Of a stretch of 63,349 nt of DNA, positions 1 to 12,760 are shown piece after piece. Below the pieces are notes generated by a model, which saw nothing but the letters and a program-made list of their open reading frames with translations, searched no databases and was not told where the DNA came from. The DNA comes from Girardia tigrina (Eukaryota): contig MQRK01218556.1 of assembly GCA_001938485.1 (NCBI GenBank), positions 51,028-114,376 of the forward strand, given 5' to 3'. Numbering within the stretch: position 1 is the first letter of the stretch; each line of letters begins with the position of its first letter. The translations under genes were made by a program, and so were the position numbers.

Positions 1-113
1 TATTCATATAATAAAATTGCTTAGTTTTAACTCATTATAACCTAATTTTCATATGGAAAATAATAGATTTACAAAATTATTATAGGTGGCCCATTACTTT
101 TGCTCGCGACTGT
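1..113. mobile_element. Terminal end of a Tc1-like DNA transposon (rest lies upstream of the window)
   Basis: Ends ...ggtggcccattacttttgctcgcgactg|ta; the reverse complement TA|CAGTCGCGAGCAAAAGTAATGG matches the CAGT...AAAAGT type of Tc1 TIR with a TA TSD. Confidence 0.55.
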
Positions 114-792
114 ATACTAGAATAATGCCTGACTATTATTGGATAATTTGTAGTTCCTAAAACGTGAACTACTAAGTAAAGGTGCTGTGTTACTGATTTT
201 CAACCTTTGAATTTTGTATATTTTCAAAAAAATAACAAAACATCTGAAGCATGGGAAAAAAATGATTATCATAATCGTATTCTGAATCAAATTCTAGGTA
301 TAGTACATATAAAGACTTCTTCGTCTAAAATAAAAAGTTAAAATTTGTCGGGAAGTGTTATTAAAAATGAAAAGAATACTTAACATAATACTAATTTGTC
401 TAAAATTTTTCTACAAAAGTTTACAAAAATATTTATAATTATACATTATTTAATTAGGTTATAAAATAAATAATTTCCTTAATATAAATTAGTAAAGTTT
501 AAATATAAAGTTGTTTAAAGCATAAATTAGTTTCTTACGTTAACTTTATTTATAGTAAAAACAAAAGTAATCAAAGTCAAAGTAAATTGAGAACTATATC
601 CACAACTTCACTGGAAAATTCGAAAATTTGAACCCTAATTAAACAATATATAAATATAATATGTACAATAATTTTCAAAAAAAATTCAAGTAATAAAATA
701 GTTCTACTCAATTTTTTTTGTGACGTTACCACAGATAATTTTAAACAATTGAATTTTTACTGGAATTTTAAACGTTTGTTTTAATAATACAG

Positions 793-868
793 CCTAGCAA
801 TAAAATACCGCAAATTTCAAATAAAAAAATGATAAAATTAATCGAAGGAAATTTAGTGCATCATAAAA
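793..868 (+). CDS. Putative 5' exon of the CNBD1-like gene (possible ATG at 829)
   Basis: Acceptor aatacag at 792; open frame PSNKIPQISNKKMIKLIEGNLVHHK; donor gtagat at 869; a 50-bp intron gives a phase-compatible join to the exon at 919. Confidence 0.4.
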
Positions 869-918
869 GTAGATTTTGCAATCGATTAACTAATCATTTG
901 ACAATGTGAATTTTTTAG

Positions 919-997
919 TACAAATCGATAACAAAACTCCATCGGTAAATTATGATATAATTCAATCAGCGTTGAATGTGAAAGGTCTTTCGGCCGA
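919..997 (+). CDS. Exon of the CNBD1-like gene
   Basis: Acceptor ttttttag; QIDNKTPSVNYDIIQSALNVKGLSA; 52-bp GT..AG intron (998-1049) in phase with the next exon. Confidence 0.55.
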
Positions 998-1049
998 GTA
1001 CAATGTCTACATGAAATGTTTCTAGTTTCATAACTATTTCCCCTTTCAG

Positions 1050-1135
1050 GAAAACACCGTCAAATACTGAAGCTAATAATGAATTTGTCAAATTAATGAA
1101 GAAAATGAATAACGACTCTTCAAAAAATAAGAAAC
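1050..1135 (+). CDS. Exon of the CNBD1-like gene
   Basis: Strong acceptor ttcccctttcag; KTPSNTEANNEFVKLMKKMNNDSSKNKK; phase-1 donor gtatcg (weak, exact end uncertain) is compatible with the exon at 4147. Confidence 0.55.
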
Positions 1136-1954
1136 GTATCGACAGATTGAGTCAGTTCAATTTGCATTTGAATTTTCTCTTTTTGCAAAGAAATTTTAGA
1201 CATTTTTTATTTATTACACCAAAAATGCTTATTTATATTATTGTAGAAGTAACACATTAGGAGATCATTTGCACTGCGGTACATTTACATATATTAGATT
1301 ACATATACATCGTTTTCTCAAATCGCAATTCATATTTGCAAATGAGTATTTAGCGAGAATTGAATCGATATTGTTTAGTTTATTTTTGCTTAATTTTAAA
1401 GAAAAATGAAATAAATCAATTTCAATCCAATGATTTATTGATAAAATGTTTTTATAGTTTAATAATATAAGTTAAACATTCATTTTTTATTGTTAGATAA
1501 GACTATCTTCCATTTGGGACAATTTTTAGGAATTAAAGGTGCTCTATTATACCAATCAATAATTATAATAACAATAATTATTTCAACTAATTACCGAGTT
1601 ACAACTGAATTCTAAGCTTTCACATCACTTCTCATTTGCATTTTAAAGCTACAAGTCAATATGAAAAATGCTAATCCTTTATTTACATTATTCTTCTAAA
1701 GGGGAACCATTGTTCAATTTTCAATTAAACAATTCAGAGATTATTCTTATTTCTAATCCAGATTTTTAATTCCTTTTATGTCAACCTTAGTTTGGAAGAA
1801 GAAAGATGTGACGTCTGTGAACTTCTTTTCATTTCAATATTTTTTTGATTGAATAATATAATCATTTACAAATCATTTACTCCTTAATCATTTACAAATT
1901 AACCTTTAGTTTAATTCGTGTTTGTTGACATTTATACTTTGACAAAGTAACTGG

Positions 1955-2842
1955 TGTTGTTCCGTGATTCAATTCGACAAAATAGTGCCGACAAATAGCT
2001 CCAATTTTCCCGACAAAATAGCGCCTATCATTATTTTTTTTAAATTTTGTTTAAAATTTATTTAAATATTAAAAATTGTTGAGTAACAAAGAAACATTAT
2101 TTAGCAGTGAAAATGTACGTTTATTCGTTAAAATGCTGGTAGGCCTTTCATTTGTTCCACCTGTCTATATATATATATATATATATATAAAGTGCCTTTG
2201 AAGAACCGAATGATGTTGTTCAGAATTTTGATGACTACTGGGATGACAATTATACTAGTCGCTGAAGACGAAACTGTTGAGTTAGTCCGAGATTTACGGT
2301 AACATTGTCGATCATTAAAGATCGAGTGCAGGACAATTTACCAAGAACAAACAATTCAGTATAGCAAAGACACGATGCTTTTCAGATGTCAATTGGTGGT
2401 CATTGCCCTGATGTATACAAGCTGATCAATCATTTTCTCAGAGAACAAGAGTACACTGAGAATAGAATTCAAAGATACAATGCAGCAGAACGAGATAAAA
2501 CTGCAAAGAGACGTCTTGCAGCTTCGTTTTCAACGTATGAAAACGTACCACTAATAGAATTTCTACTTTGTATAGCTTTTAATTTGACTATGTGATAAAA
2601 TATATTCAGTAAATCAATTTTATTTTGTTTTTTTAAATAAAAGTTTATAAATTTTATAATTTTATTTATAAAAAATGTAAGATCTATTGACTTTATTAGT
2701 TATTTGTGTATTTAGATATTTATTTTCAAAAATATTTGATAGTTTACTAAATAAGACCAAAAGCCAAAAATTGAATAATTTTTAAATATTATCGTTATTT
2801 TGTCTGCGCTATTTTTTCACCATTATTTTGTCGGGGAACGTG
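1955..2842 (+). mobile_element. Degenerate Mutator-like (MULE) element remnant
   Basis: Decayed transposase C-terminus LPRTNNSV*...HCPDVYKLINHFLREQ (RTNNxxExxH/HPxxxKLI MULE motif); cgacaaaatag repeats at the left end are mirrored as tattttgtcg at the right end. Confidence 0.65.
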
Positions 2843-3159
2843 TCTCGATACATCTTTGCCCACTCATGTCGCTTACAACAACCGCAGATTAACTCGTGTA
2901 ATTTGAAATATTAATTTATTTACTTGTCTAATTTGAAGATCATTTCATTAAAATGTGCAAATTTGAAATTCGAATATGGTTTTTAACTTTTAATAATATT
3001 CACCAAATAAAAATTATTGTTTGATAATTAAGTAACAGTTTCTTTTCATTTTTCACAATTCAGTAATTTTTTAGCAATTATTATTGTTTAGTTCATAATA
3101 CATTTTCGTGATTTGTTAGTGTGTTTTCGTGAACGCGAAAAAAAGTGGCCCTAGTGATC

Positions 3160-3965
3160 ACTAAAATTCTTTCTCCATAAATAACAACATAAATCAATCA
3201 TTTCTTAGAACGCTACATTAGTGAACAAATTTACAATATCAAAAGTTCTACCTCGATTCAATTTTAGAAAGCAGTTCAACAACTTTAAAACAATCTCAGT
3301 AAGATAATTCAAAATGTAGTAAAAGTTTCAGCCCTAAATAAAAATAATTCGCAATTTTATACTGATAAGTATTAACCATTGATATTATTGGTCTCATTGG
3401 AATCCCTTTTTTATGCACTTTACAAAGTCCATATATAAATTTTACATTTGTTTTAAAGATAAATTTTTCTGAGGGTTTCAAAATATTCAAGAATTTGGCA
3501 AATATAATATATTAAACCTAAAAATCCTTTCAAAGTCACGTAAATAGTAATTATGTTAAGCAGTAAATTCGCCATTCCTATCGGTTTACGTTCCAATTTA
3601 GTTTACCAATATTTTAATGTGCGTGATTTCACACACATTGGAAAGACATGTGATCATAGCTATAAACAAATCCAGGAACGTAATCGCAAAGAGAGTGAGA
3701 GTTACATTGCTCAAAATAGAATACCGATTTAAGACATTTTAAAATTTTGAGTTCACAATTTGATAACTACTAGGAGAGGGAAATGTGCGAAACACTGATG
3801 ATTAATTCTTTTCTATGTTATTAACAATATTCTGAAGTTTTAGTAATTTCGAAATGATTATGTAAACAATCAATCGATATGTAGCGGTCAATCTATGAGC
3901 ATTGATCTAGTTTCGCCTCATGATGACGGTTGATCCGTCAAAATTAATCGCAGTCAGTTTATTTC
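3160..3965. mobile_element. Penelope-like element remnant with inverted 5' part
   Basis: Minus strand: RT fragment YGLCKVHKKGIPMRPIISMVNTYQYKIANY and FDIVNLFTNV; plus strand: decayed GIY-YIG-like tail (IGKT...FKIL) ending in a degenerate hammerhead-like motif at ~3915-3955. Confidence 0.7.
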
Positions 3966-4146
3966 AAATGCATTTTATATCTTATGTTAAATCAATCTTG
4001 AATATTATTAAATATTTGTCAAAAACTATTTAAATATCAAAAAAATTAAAATAAAAAAATTAAAAATATGAAATTTATACCGATGATAAATTTATTTTTA
4101 ATTATAAGAAAGATGTAAGTAATAATTTTGAGTAAATTTAATTTAG

Positions 4147-4309
4147 AAACTGAAGAAATTCCTAAAAAGAATCCGGTAAATTCCAAAGAAACGATGGACC
4201 ATGATGTGAAACACTACACTAAATTATACCATCCCATCAGAGTTTTGGCGGATGAAAAAAAATCTTTGAATGAGAGATTGAAAAGACTTCATTTTCTTTG
4301 TCAAAAATT
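4147..4309 (+). CDS. Exon of the CNBD1-like gene
   Basis: Acceptor aatttag; TEEIPKKNPVNSKETMDHDVKHYTKLYHPIRVLADEKKSLNERLKRLHFLCQKL; donor gtgaga; phase 2 joins the exon at 4940. Confidence 0.75.
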
Positions 4310-4531
4310 GTGAGATTATTTTTATATTAAAATAAATTTTTCTACTTACAAATTTCAGTAGGATTTCATTTATCAAAATTGAAAAAGCAAATATTTTTAA
4401 AAAATTAAAAAAAATATTTAATAATATAAATAAAAAAATGATAAATTAATAAAGAAAGAAATAAATAAATAATGAATATTAAAATTAGTTAATAATTGGT
4501 CAGTCATGATTTGCTTTTAAAAGACTGTTAA

Positions 4532-4575
4532 AAGATACCTGAAGATGACAGAGATTCCGTCGATAAATATTTTCA
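4532..4575 (+). ncRNA. Degenerate hammerhead ribozyme-like motif (solo Penelope terminal repeat remnant)
   Basis: CTGAAGA (4539) t gacaga-gat-tccgtc stem II, then GATA instead of GAAA. Confidence 0.4.
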
Positions 4576-4939
4576 TTATTTAAATATAATTTTTAAAAAT
4601 GGTTCTCCTGACTCAAATAATAAATTTCCATTACTTTTACTGTTAATTTTTTAAAAAAATTTAATTTAAAAAAGGCATACTTACAATCATCTTATGATCT
4701 TAAAAACAACATTAATTTTTTTAAAACTGCACTATTCTAAAACGGCATTAAAATATCCTACTAATTCGTAAAAAATAAAATCATCTAAATTTATTAGAAC
4801 ATTTTGAGATTACAAAACCATTATAAAAATTATTGAAGTTAGTTTTCTGTGTACAAATAACGTTTTAAAAAGAAAACAAATTTTAAATACTAATACAAAT
4901 ATTTGAATCGAATAATAATTTTTATATTTTTATTTTAAG

Positions 4940-5222
4940 ACCTTTTGAACGAACGTCAGATGAAACTGACAATATATTTCGAATACTTAAGACTTTTAAA
5001 ACTTTATCAAATCAAGTGGATGACGATTTGTTAAGGTTATTAAGCAATGTAATTCTAAACGAATATGTAGAAGAACCAGGTGTCACATTATTTGGCAACA
5101 AAGGATTTTATATTTTATTAAATGGAAGTATCACCCCTTTATCCATTCCATATATCAGATTGATTGGAGAACCCGCGGAAAGATTTTTTCAGGTACAAAA
5201 GAACGAAGACAAATTTTACAAG
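4940..5222 (+). CDS. Exon of the CNBD1-like gene (first, degenerate cNMP-binding domain)
   Basis: Acceptor tattttaag; PFERTSDETDNIFRILKTFKTLSNQVDDDLLRLLSNVILNEYVEEPGVTLFGNKGFYILLNGSI...; donor gtgact at 5223 (alternative in-phase donor at 5193). FYILLNGSI is a typical CNB-domain beta strand. Confidence 0.85.
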
Positions 5223-6894
5223 GTGACTATTTATTATTAATCTATTTAGTAAAAACTTGTAAAGGTTTATTATTTCTTTTATAATCTTGCATATTTATTA
5301 AATAAACGTTGTTAGTAGCTTTTTTGAGTTCATAAAATTTTCGTATTTGAAATCTAATCAATTTAATAATTACATTTCGATTTACAGATTGGGTTAAAAT
5401 GAGATTTTTATAAAATAGCATAAAAAAATAATTTATATAAAATTAATTTTTAATGAGAACATAAATCCAATAAATTGATTTATTAATAAAGTAAATTGTA
5501 ATTTTATATGAAACATAAAATTTAATTTCTGGGAAATAATAAAAAAAACTCTCATAAAAAAGGATTAAATGAAAACAATAAATAATATAATTTTCAATTT
5601 TTTCAGCAATATAACTTATTCTTATTTTTACAAAGTGATTTTCACCGAAATGGAAAGGGAATTTAAAAGTTGTTTAATTGAACTAAAAACGTAATTATTA
5701 TTAAAAATATAATTTTATTTTATGTAAAAAGGGGTAATTTAGAAGTTGTTAAATTAAACGAAAATTTCGATTTTAATTTTTTTTGTTTTCAAAACGTTAT
5801 TTTATCAAATATAAAAGTAATTTTTAAACGATTATGAAAACGAAATGAAAATACTATTTTATAGTATTAACAACATCACGATTTGAATACAAACATTTAT
5901 TGACAACACAAACAGATTCTTCACAACAATTTTCAGAGGTCATCTTTCTTTGATTGATATAGTTTTTTGTTCATGTATTCAAATCTAAAAAAAACAATGA
6001 ATGGGAAATTTTAATATTAAATTTTAATTTCTCATAATTTTATTGGATAAAAAGACATTACGTATTTTTTTAAATAAANATTAATTTTTAAAATATATTA
6101 AATTTAATAAGTTAAAATCGTTTACTGAAAATATTATTAAAATTCATAATTATCAAACTTTAATTAATTAGTACTTAAAATTAATATCATTAAATTAATT
6201 TCATTAGATTCAAATAATTAATCAAATAACATATCAATCCCATCTGAGTAGGAGAGTCAAAAATCTAAACATTATACAAACAACAAACTTACAACATTCC
6301 AAATTATCCCTCACATATAGAATGGGGAAATATAATTGAGAAACGGTTAAATATAAATGTATAATAAAATGGAAATTTAATAAAAGATGTAACAAAAAAA
6401 AAAGTATAAAATTTTAATTCGTAATAAATGAAATATATTTTAAATTATATATATTTTTATTTATAATGGTTTGTGTAAAAATAAAGTGTGAAAGTTCCTC
6501 AAAAATATTTGTTTAAAAAACTTAAATTGTTATAGAAGTAAAGTTTTATGTTAATGACTTCTTCTCTTGATCAAGAACCCGATAAACGTAATAAAAAAGA
6601 ATTTTATAATATTTATGGATAATATAATAAATTAACGAATTTCCAAAGAGAATCACTGTAATTCAAATGGTCGAGACAAATTGTTCTTTTAGAGATACGT
6701 CGAATTAAGGCTTAAATTAAAGCTTAATTATTAAAGCTTTCAATAATTATTGAAACAACATATAGTCTAAAAGAATATAAAAAGATATGAAAATTATAAT
6801 CTTTATTAGGTCGTTTCGAAATTTATATTTATTTAGTGAATAAAATTTGATGAAAATTAATATCTATTCATTTTCAAAAATTCTGATAAATGTA

Positions 6895-7058
6895 AATCAG
6901 AAGCGTTTTTGGGTAATCGCGGCCGTTGCTAGGGTACCGGGAACCAATCATAAGCGTTTCCAAGTGAACCGGAACCTTTGTAATGGTAACCGCGACAGTT
7001 GCCATGGTAACCGTGACCGTTGCCATTGCAACGGGTGCCCCCCCCCGGGGGTGGTATA
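6895..7058. repeat. GC-rich dispersed repeat copy 1: 21-bp-phased RFX X-box-like palindromes plus CCAAT
   Basis: gttgctagggtacc 6925, ccaat 6944, tttgtaatggtaac 6977, gttgccatggtaac 6998, gttgccattgcaac 7019; homologous to 52880-53065. Confidence 0.85.
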
Positions 7059-7238
7059 GAATGCTCATTTTCCCCCTACTGATGTCTAAGTACGAAAGTT
7101 TTGTGCAGAATAGTTCTAGAGGCATTTCAAGTTGTGATGTCAATAAAAGTATTGGAAATCAAATAAGTGTTCTTAATAACAACTTTTATTACTAATAATT
7201 TATTAGTAAAAAAAGATATTTAAAAAAGTTTCATTTAG

Positions 7239-7379
7239 TTATGTCCAGGAGAATGTTTCGGAACACTGGATGAGATTGTTCATGACGAAAAAGACTGTTC
7301 AAAACTATTGCTTTCAGAAACTCTAGAAACCTCTAATCTATTGTTTATTTCAACGTCTTATTATAGAAGAATTTTGGAG
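7239..7379 (+). CDS. Exon of the CNBD1-like gene
   Basis: Acceptor catttag; LCPGECFGTLDEIVHDEKDCSKLLLSETLETSNLLFISTSYYRRILE (CNB motif LxxGxxFG); donor gtaaaa; phase 0/0. Confidence 0.85.
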
Positions 7380-7689
7380 GTAAAATATATTAATTTGTTA
7401 AAAAATTATTTTAAGTTTATTTGTTTTTTTATTTTTTTTGTATTTTGACCACATGGACTTAATTTCTTTTCCAAGTTAATAGTTCGGTAGATGTCCAAAA
7501 AATAATCGTTACTTTTAATTTAATTTAACTTAGTTAGGCTAAGATCAGAAATCATTGTGTATTTGACAGAATGTTTTTAACTTTTCACTGGAAATACATA
7601 GGAGAAACACATGTGTTGTCTTAGATTCTTAATATAATTTATAACTATATTATTACAAAAAGTTAGATCCTAAAATAAAACCAAAGAGA

Positions 7690-7990
7690 CAGCTTATCAC
7701 GACCAACCAAAATTAAGTCAAATTAAAAAGAGTAAGTTGTTCCAGATTCTGAAAAGAGTCATGTCTGTCATCCTCTTCACAGTTTGGAGCATTTCGCTAT
7801 CCAGCCAGTACCAAAAAGACAGAATAACTGGTTCATTAGTTGGAAAGGTATACCTATTGTTGAACATACATTACAGACGAAGTTTCCAGCCTCCCTCATG
7901 ATGTTGGAATTGGTGTCATCTAATGAGCAAAAGCCTCAGGTAAACTTCAAACAAAATGAAACAATGACCAAAAAGTAAATATGTAAATTC
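7690..7990 (+). mobile_element. Tc1/mariner (maT/DD37D-like) transposase fragment
   Basis: TKFPASLMMLELVSSNEQKP resembles the K(H/F)PASVMVLGxVxSDG motif; frameshifted and truncated. Confidence 0.5.
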
Positions 7991-10682
7991 TGAAGAATCA
8001 AGTAAAGTAAAATAAATTACATTATATAATTGTTTTGTTTTATTAGGCCTGTAATACTCCTTACTCCAGTGTTATCTATCTCTTTATTTTTTGTTCTTAT
8101 CATCTTGTCTTTAAATACCCGTAGGGCAAAACCTTTGAGTGAATTTGATATAGTCTTCTGTGAATTGTATTTCTTTTGTTTTCTATAAGGAGTTTGTATT
8201 CCGGTTTCGTTTGATGAAGAAATATAAATCAAATCTGAAAAGAAAATATACATCAGGGAAAAATAGAAAGAAAAGCTAATGAATCAAACTAAGAAGGACA
8301 GAAACAACCAAGATTTTCCCTTAAAAATACTTTTCATTTTTACCCCACCCCATCACATTATATCCGTAGTTAATAAATTATATAATTAAACACAAATTAA
8401 TTGTTTTAAAAAAATCGATATATTAAATAGAGGAATATTACTTACCAACCTAGTAGAAAATTTCGTCGATTGCGTGGACTTTATCGAAGCAAAAGAAAAC
8501 CATATCGTAAAAAAAGAAAGAAAAAAGATCTGAGTTTTATTGTCATTCAAAAAAGAGATAGTCAACTGCACTATCAAATCCACCGGACTAAATCTTCATT
8601 TACCTTTCTAAAACAGTCGAAAATATATTATTATCGGAGAATCCTCTCATTTAAAGTAACTACATTTAATCGTTATAAACTGTTGTTATTCTCCGCAGAC
8701 TCGTTTTCTTTTTCATTGTGCTTTGATCTAGCAAGAATATTGCCTAATTTTTATCTTTGTTTCTATTTGGTTAATTAATATTATAATATGAAAAGATCTG
8801 TCATGTATGACTAGGGAGTTAAATTTCGTCTTTGAAAGTTTCTGTTTTAATTAAAAAATCGTTGTTAAAATTTATTATTTCGAATTAAGTGTTTAATTTT
8901 TCCATTTTTTTAAATTTATTTTTTTTATTTTCTTTACAAACCATAATCCTAACCCTAACCCATAAAATGATTTTGGCCACAACAATTTTAAATTAATTTA
9001 ATTATCTACTTACAATTGTAAGTAAATAAAATGAGCGTTATGCAGATGAAACATTGGGCTTTTATATATATAATTATTGTTTGTACTCTAGATAGTTTTG
9101 ATTTCTTTACGCGGTCAAGAAATGGATTAATGTTTTTATTAACAAATAGATAAGATTGCTTGTTTACCTTTATTTATTTTTATTTTTCAATCCTTAGACA
9201 AGCAATTTTATCAAGGCCTTATGATTATGGTTCCCGTTCTAGATTATATTAAGTTCATTTAACGTTTTATTAACTGTACTTTTTACATCAAATATATTAA
9301 TTGAAAATTAATATAAATTAAAAAAACACTTAAAAAGAATTGTGATTTTTTCTGAAGTTTCTAGTTCCTATAGACATTTACTTTTATTTACTGATTAAAA
9401 ACACATTAAAAAATGGGCATCAAAAACAATTATTTAAGTAAAAAATGGGATGGAACTAAATTTAAATAGAATTACTTAAAACATATTAAGTCCCTTTTTA
9501 AATAATTCTCAAAAAACAATACGAAAAAAGCAATATTAATTATTATTATTCATTATCATTAATTTAGATTTAATGATTAGATTTTCCAATAATAATTTAT
9601 TTATTATTAATTTGTTTATTTGAATAAATGTACAAAGCCCCGAAAAATATAATTTAATACTTGATGAACATAAAATTTCAATAAATTTTATTTTTATTTC
9701 TAAATTTCACTAACTATCTCTATACTTATTCAAATGTTTTTTTAATATTAAATATTAAATAATTAAAATATTGTTGTTAAATTATTATATTTATTAAGGG
9801 ATTATTTATAAATTTAACAAATGTTAAATGATATGGTTAATATTCTTTTCGATTTTTAATTCATATGTAAATTATATCTAAATTTTATTTTTCATTATTT
9901 AAGTCTTTTTCCAATATTAAATACAAATTATGTGACAAATTAAAAATAATTAATAATCATTTTATGGTAAAATAAAACCAAAATATACGTTGGAGGTATT
10001 TATTAACTAATACAGTTTCTTTTGAATTGAAAATAGATCCCTTCCAGATTTCGGAGAACAACAAGAATGTCTGTCAATTTTATGGAATTATTATTATTAT
10101 TATTATTACTATTATTATTATAATTTCCAAATATTTTGAATGTTAAAGTAATCTGTTGGAAATATAAGTGTGGAAACAAATAATTTATAAAATTTCAATC
10201 AGGAATTCTCGGATTATGTTTCTTAAAAAGGAAATGTAATTGAGTATCAAAATATAACCATAAGAAATAAGTAGATGGAATTGTTTACTGTTTTGCTCAA
10301 GATATTTTTTTACTTGTGAACTCGTATGTATAAAGAATCGTTATATTATATTTTAGAATGAATAATTAATGTATATTTTATAAAATATAAAAAACTGATA
10401 CAGAGACAAATTTTGTTCATAAATATTTAAAAATAATAAATATATAATTATTTATATATAATGTCGACATAAAATATGTTTCAATCAATTTTTAAAACTT
10501 CGTTTGATTTTTTGTTCAATGATAAATTTTATTTTGAGTTTTGATTTTACTTTCGATTGGTATAAGATAATTGATTAAATCTTTGATTTTTGTTCCAACA
10601 ATGTTTTTAGAATTAAATAAAATTAATTATTTGCTCGAATCTTCAAAACATTTATAAAACATAATAATTCAAATCTTTGATA

Positions 10683-11920
10683 TTGAGTTGTGTGGAAAGT
10701 TCGTGCCGATCGACTAAATATTACAATGACATGGGTCAGAATATACTTCATATGTCAAAAACATGTAAATAATTTATATATTATCAAAAGTGATAGTCTG
10801 ACGCATCTTTAAAAAGAATTGTTTGTCTAAGTTGATTTGTATTTGCTAGGCGCCGATTTGAAAAAGGAAAACAACTAAAATTTTCGAGACTTGATGCTTT
10901 TCTATTGAAAGGTAATAATGCTACTCAAGCCAGAAATCAGATATTTGTTGATTAATGGAGAACATGCTTTAGCTGACAGAACAAATCGCAAGGGGCTTCA
11001 TATGTTCAAAACTGGTGATTTCAATCTCAAAGACGAAGACAGCACTGGCAGACCCTCCAACACTAATGGTGATAAATTCAAGATTTTGATCAAGATCAAT
11101 CCACACTACACAACTCGTGAATTAGACGAAATACTGAAGATATAGAAAACCACTGTGTATTTGCATTTAGTGAAACACAATTACGTGAATCACTACTATG
11201 TGATTGTTTCTTATAATCTGAAAAAAACAAGTCTGATTGATCGTATATCCCTTTGTGATTTGCTTTGCAAACACAACGAAAATATACCGCGTTTGAAACA
11301 AGTAATGATGACTGATGGAAATGGATCACCTATAAGAATGTGAAGAAACAACGATCTTGGGGTAAGTCTTCTTCTGAAGAAAGTCATGCTCTGTGTTTGG
11401 TGGGATTGCAAAGGAATTTTGTAATTTGAGATCCTACCAAAGAAACAAACAATTAATTCAGACAAGCACTGATCCCAACTGAATAAATTAACGGCTGCAA
11501 TACAAAAAACGTCCAGAATTAGTGAACAGGAAGGCATTGTATTACATCATTACAATTCCACACAATAGTGTCTCTTTGGCGACGAGGAAAGGGTTGTTGG
11601 ACCCTAGCTGGGATGTACTACCCTACACGCCATATTCACCCGACATTACTCCTTCTAACTAGTACCTATTCAGGCATCTGCAAACTTGTCTTAGTGTCAC
11701 GAAGTTTGAGTCTTTGGATATCCTGAAATCAAATATGAAACAGTTTTTCACGAGAAAACTCATACGTTTTGGATGGACGAAACTTTCTAGTTACAAGAAA
11801 GATGGCAAAAGAATGTGGAAAAAATGGTGTATACCTTGTTGATTAAATGAATGTCGAAAAATAAACAACTTACTTCTGAATATTTATTTTTAATCGTTTC
11901 AAACATTCCGGACAACCCAA
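10683..11920 (+). mobile_element. Full-length degenerate mariner
   Basis: TA|ttgagttgtgtggaaagtt ... aacattccggacaacccaa|TA imperfect TIRs; frameshifted transposase FKTGDFNLKDEDSTGRPS, INPHYTTRELDEIL, KVMLCVWWDCKGI, PYSPDITPSN*YLF. Confidence 0.9.
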
Positions 11921-12760
11921 TAAATAAATATTTACTGATTATCTAGTTTTTAGGTATTTTTAAAATACCAATTTATTTTGAATAGCAAAAACCTTTTAGA
12001 TATTTTATATATATTTATTTGAGAGAATTTGATAAAATTTAATAATATTTTTAGTTTATCTCTTGAGAAATGTTCCTAAAAAGGAATTTACTAAACATTT
12101 ATGATTCTGTTGACCTATCTTCGTGTTATTTCAATGGATGGACGTGTTTTTATTTTTTTCAGTATCGGTTTACAATAACAATCTCTTTTGGGTCTAAATA
12201 TCGACTTGTTTCTTCTTTAAACATAAATATCTGATATCTTATTTTTAAAAGACATTTATTTATGTTTAGCCATAAAAAATTGCGTCCTATAAATTGTTTT
12301 ATTGTCTTTAAAAAATAATCTACCCATTAATTTCATAATTCCTTTCCTAAAATGAATCAAGATATTTTAATAATCCATGATTATTAATTAAGGGTACTAT
12401 AAATTATAGGTCTCAGCTGTTTTCTGATAGAGCCTCAATATGAAAATCTGTAAAATCCAGTGGCTCTTCACATTTTGAATGCGACAAAAGTTTAAAAAAT
12501 TAAAACCAACTATTTTAAATAATAACACAGAATAAATCTAAAAATTATAAAATTTTGAAGGCTATTCCCAAATTTTATTTTGTTATTAAATTTTAACTAT
12601 TTAAGTAAGATTCTTTTTTATAGAAAAGCCACATTTAGGAAAATATCCGGGACTCCTCAGGCAATTTAGTGGTTCCATATTTTTGAAAAATCGCTCGTGG
12701 TCTACTAAAATAATCTTGTGGCCCAAAAAGTCAGTGGCTTCATATTAAGAACCCCTATTA

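Noticed and set aside
2262-2278. ctgaagacgaaac resembling a hammerhead core
   Set aside because: No stem II or closing stems; it lies within MULE coding remnant.
4109-4146. Possible 6-nt micro-exon (aaagat) followed by a 32-bp GTAAGT..AG intron
   Set aside because: Inclusion in the inferred phase creates an in-frame TAA; unsupported without RNA data.
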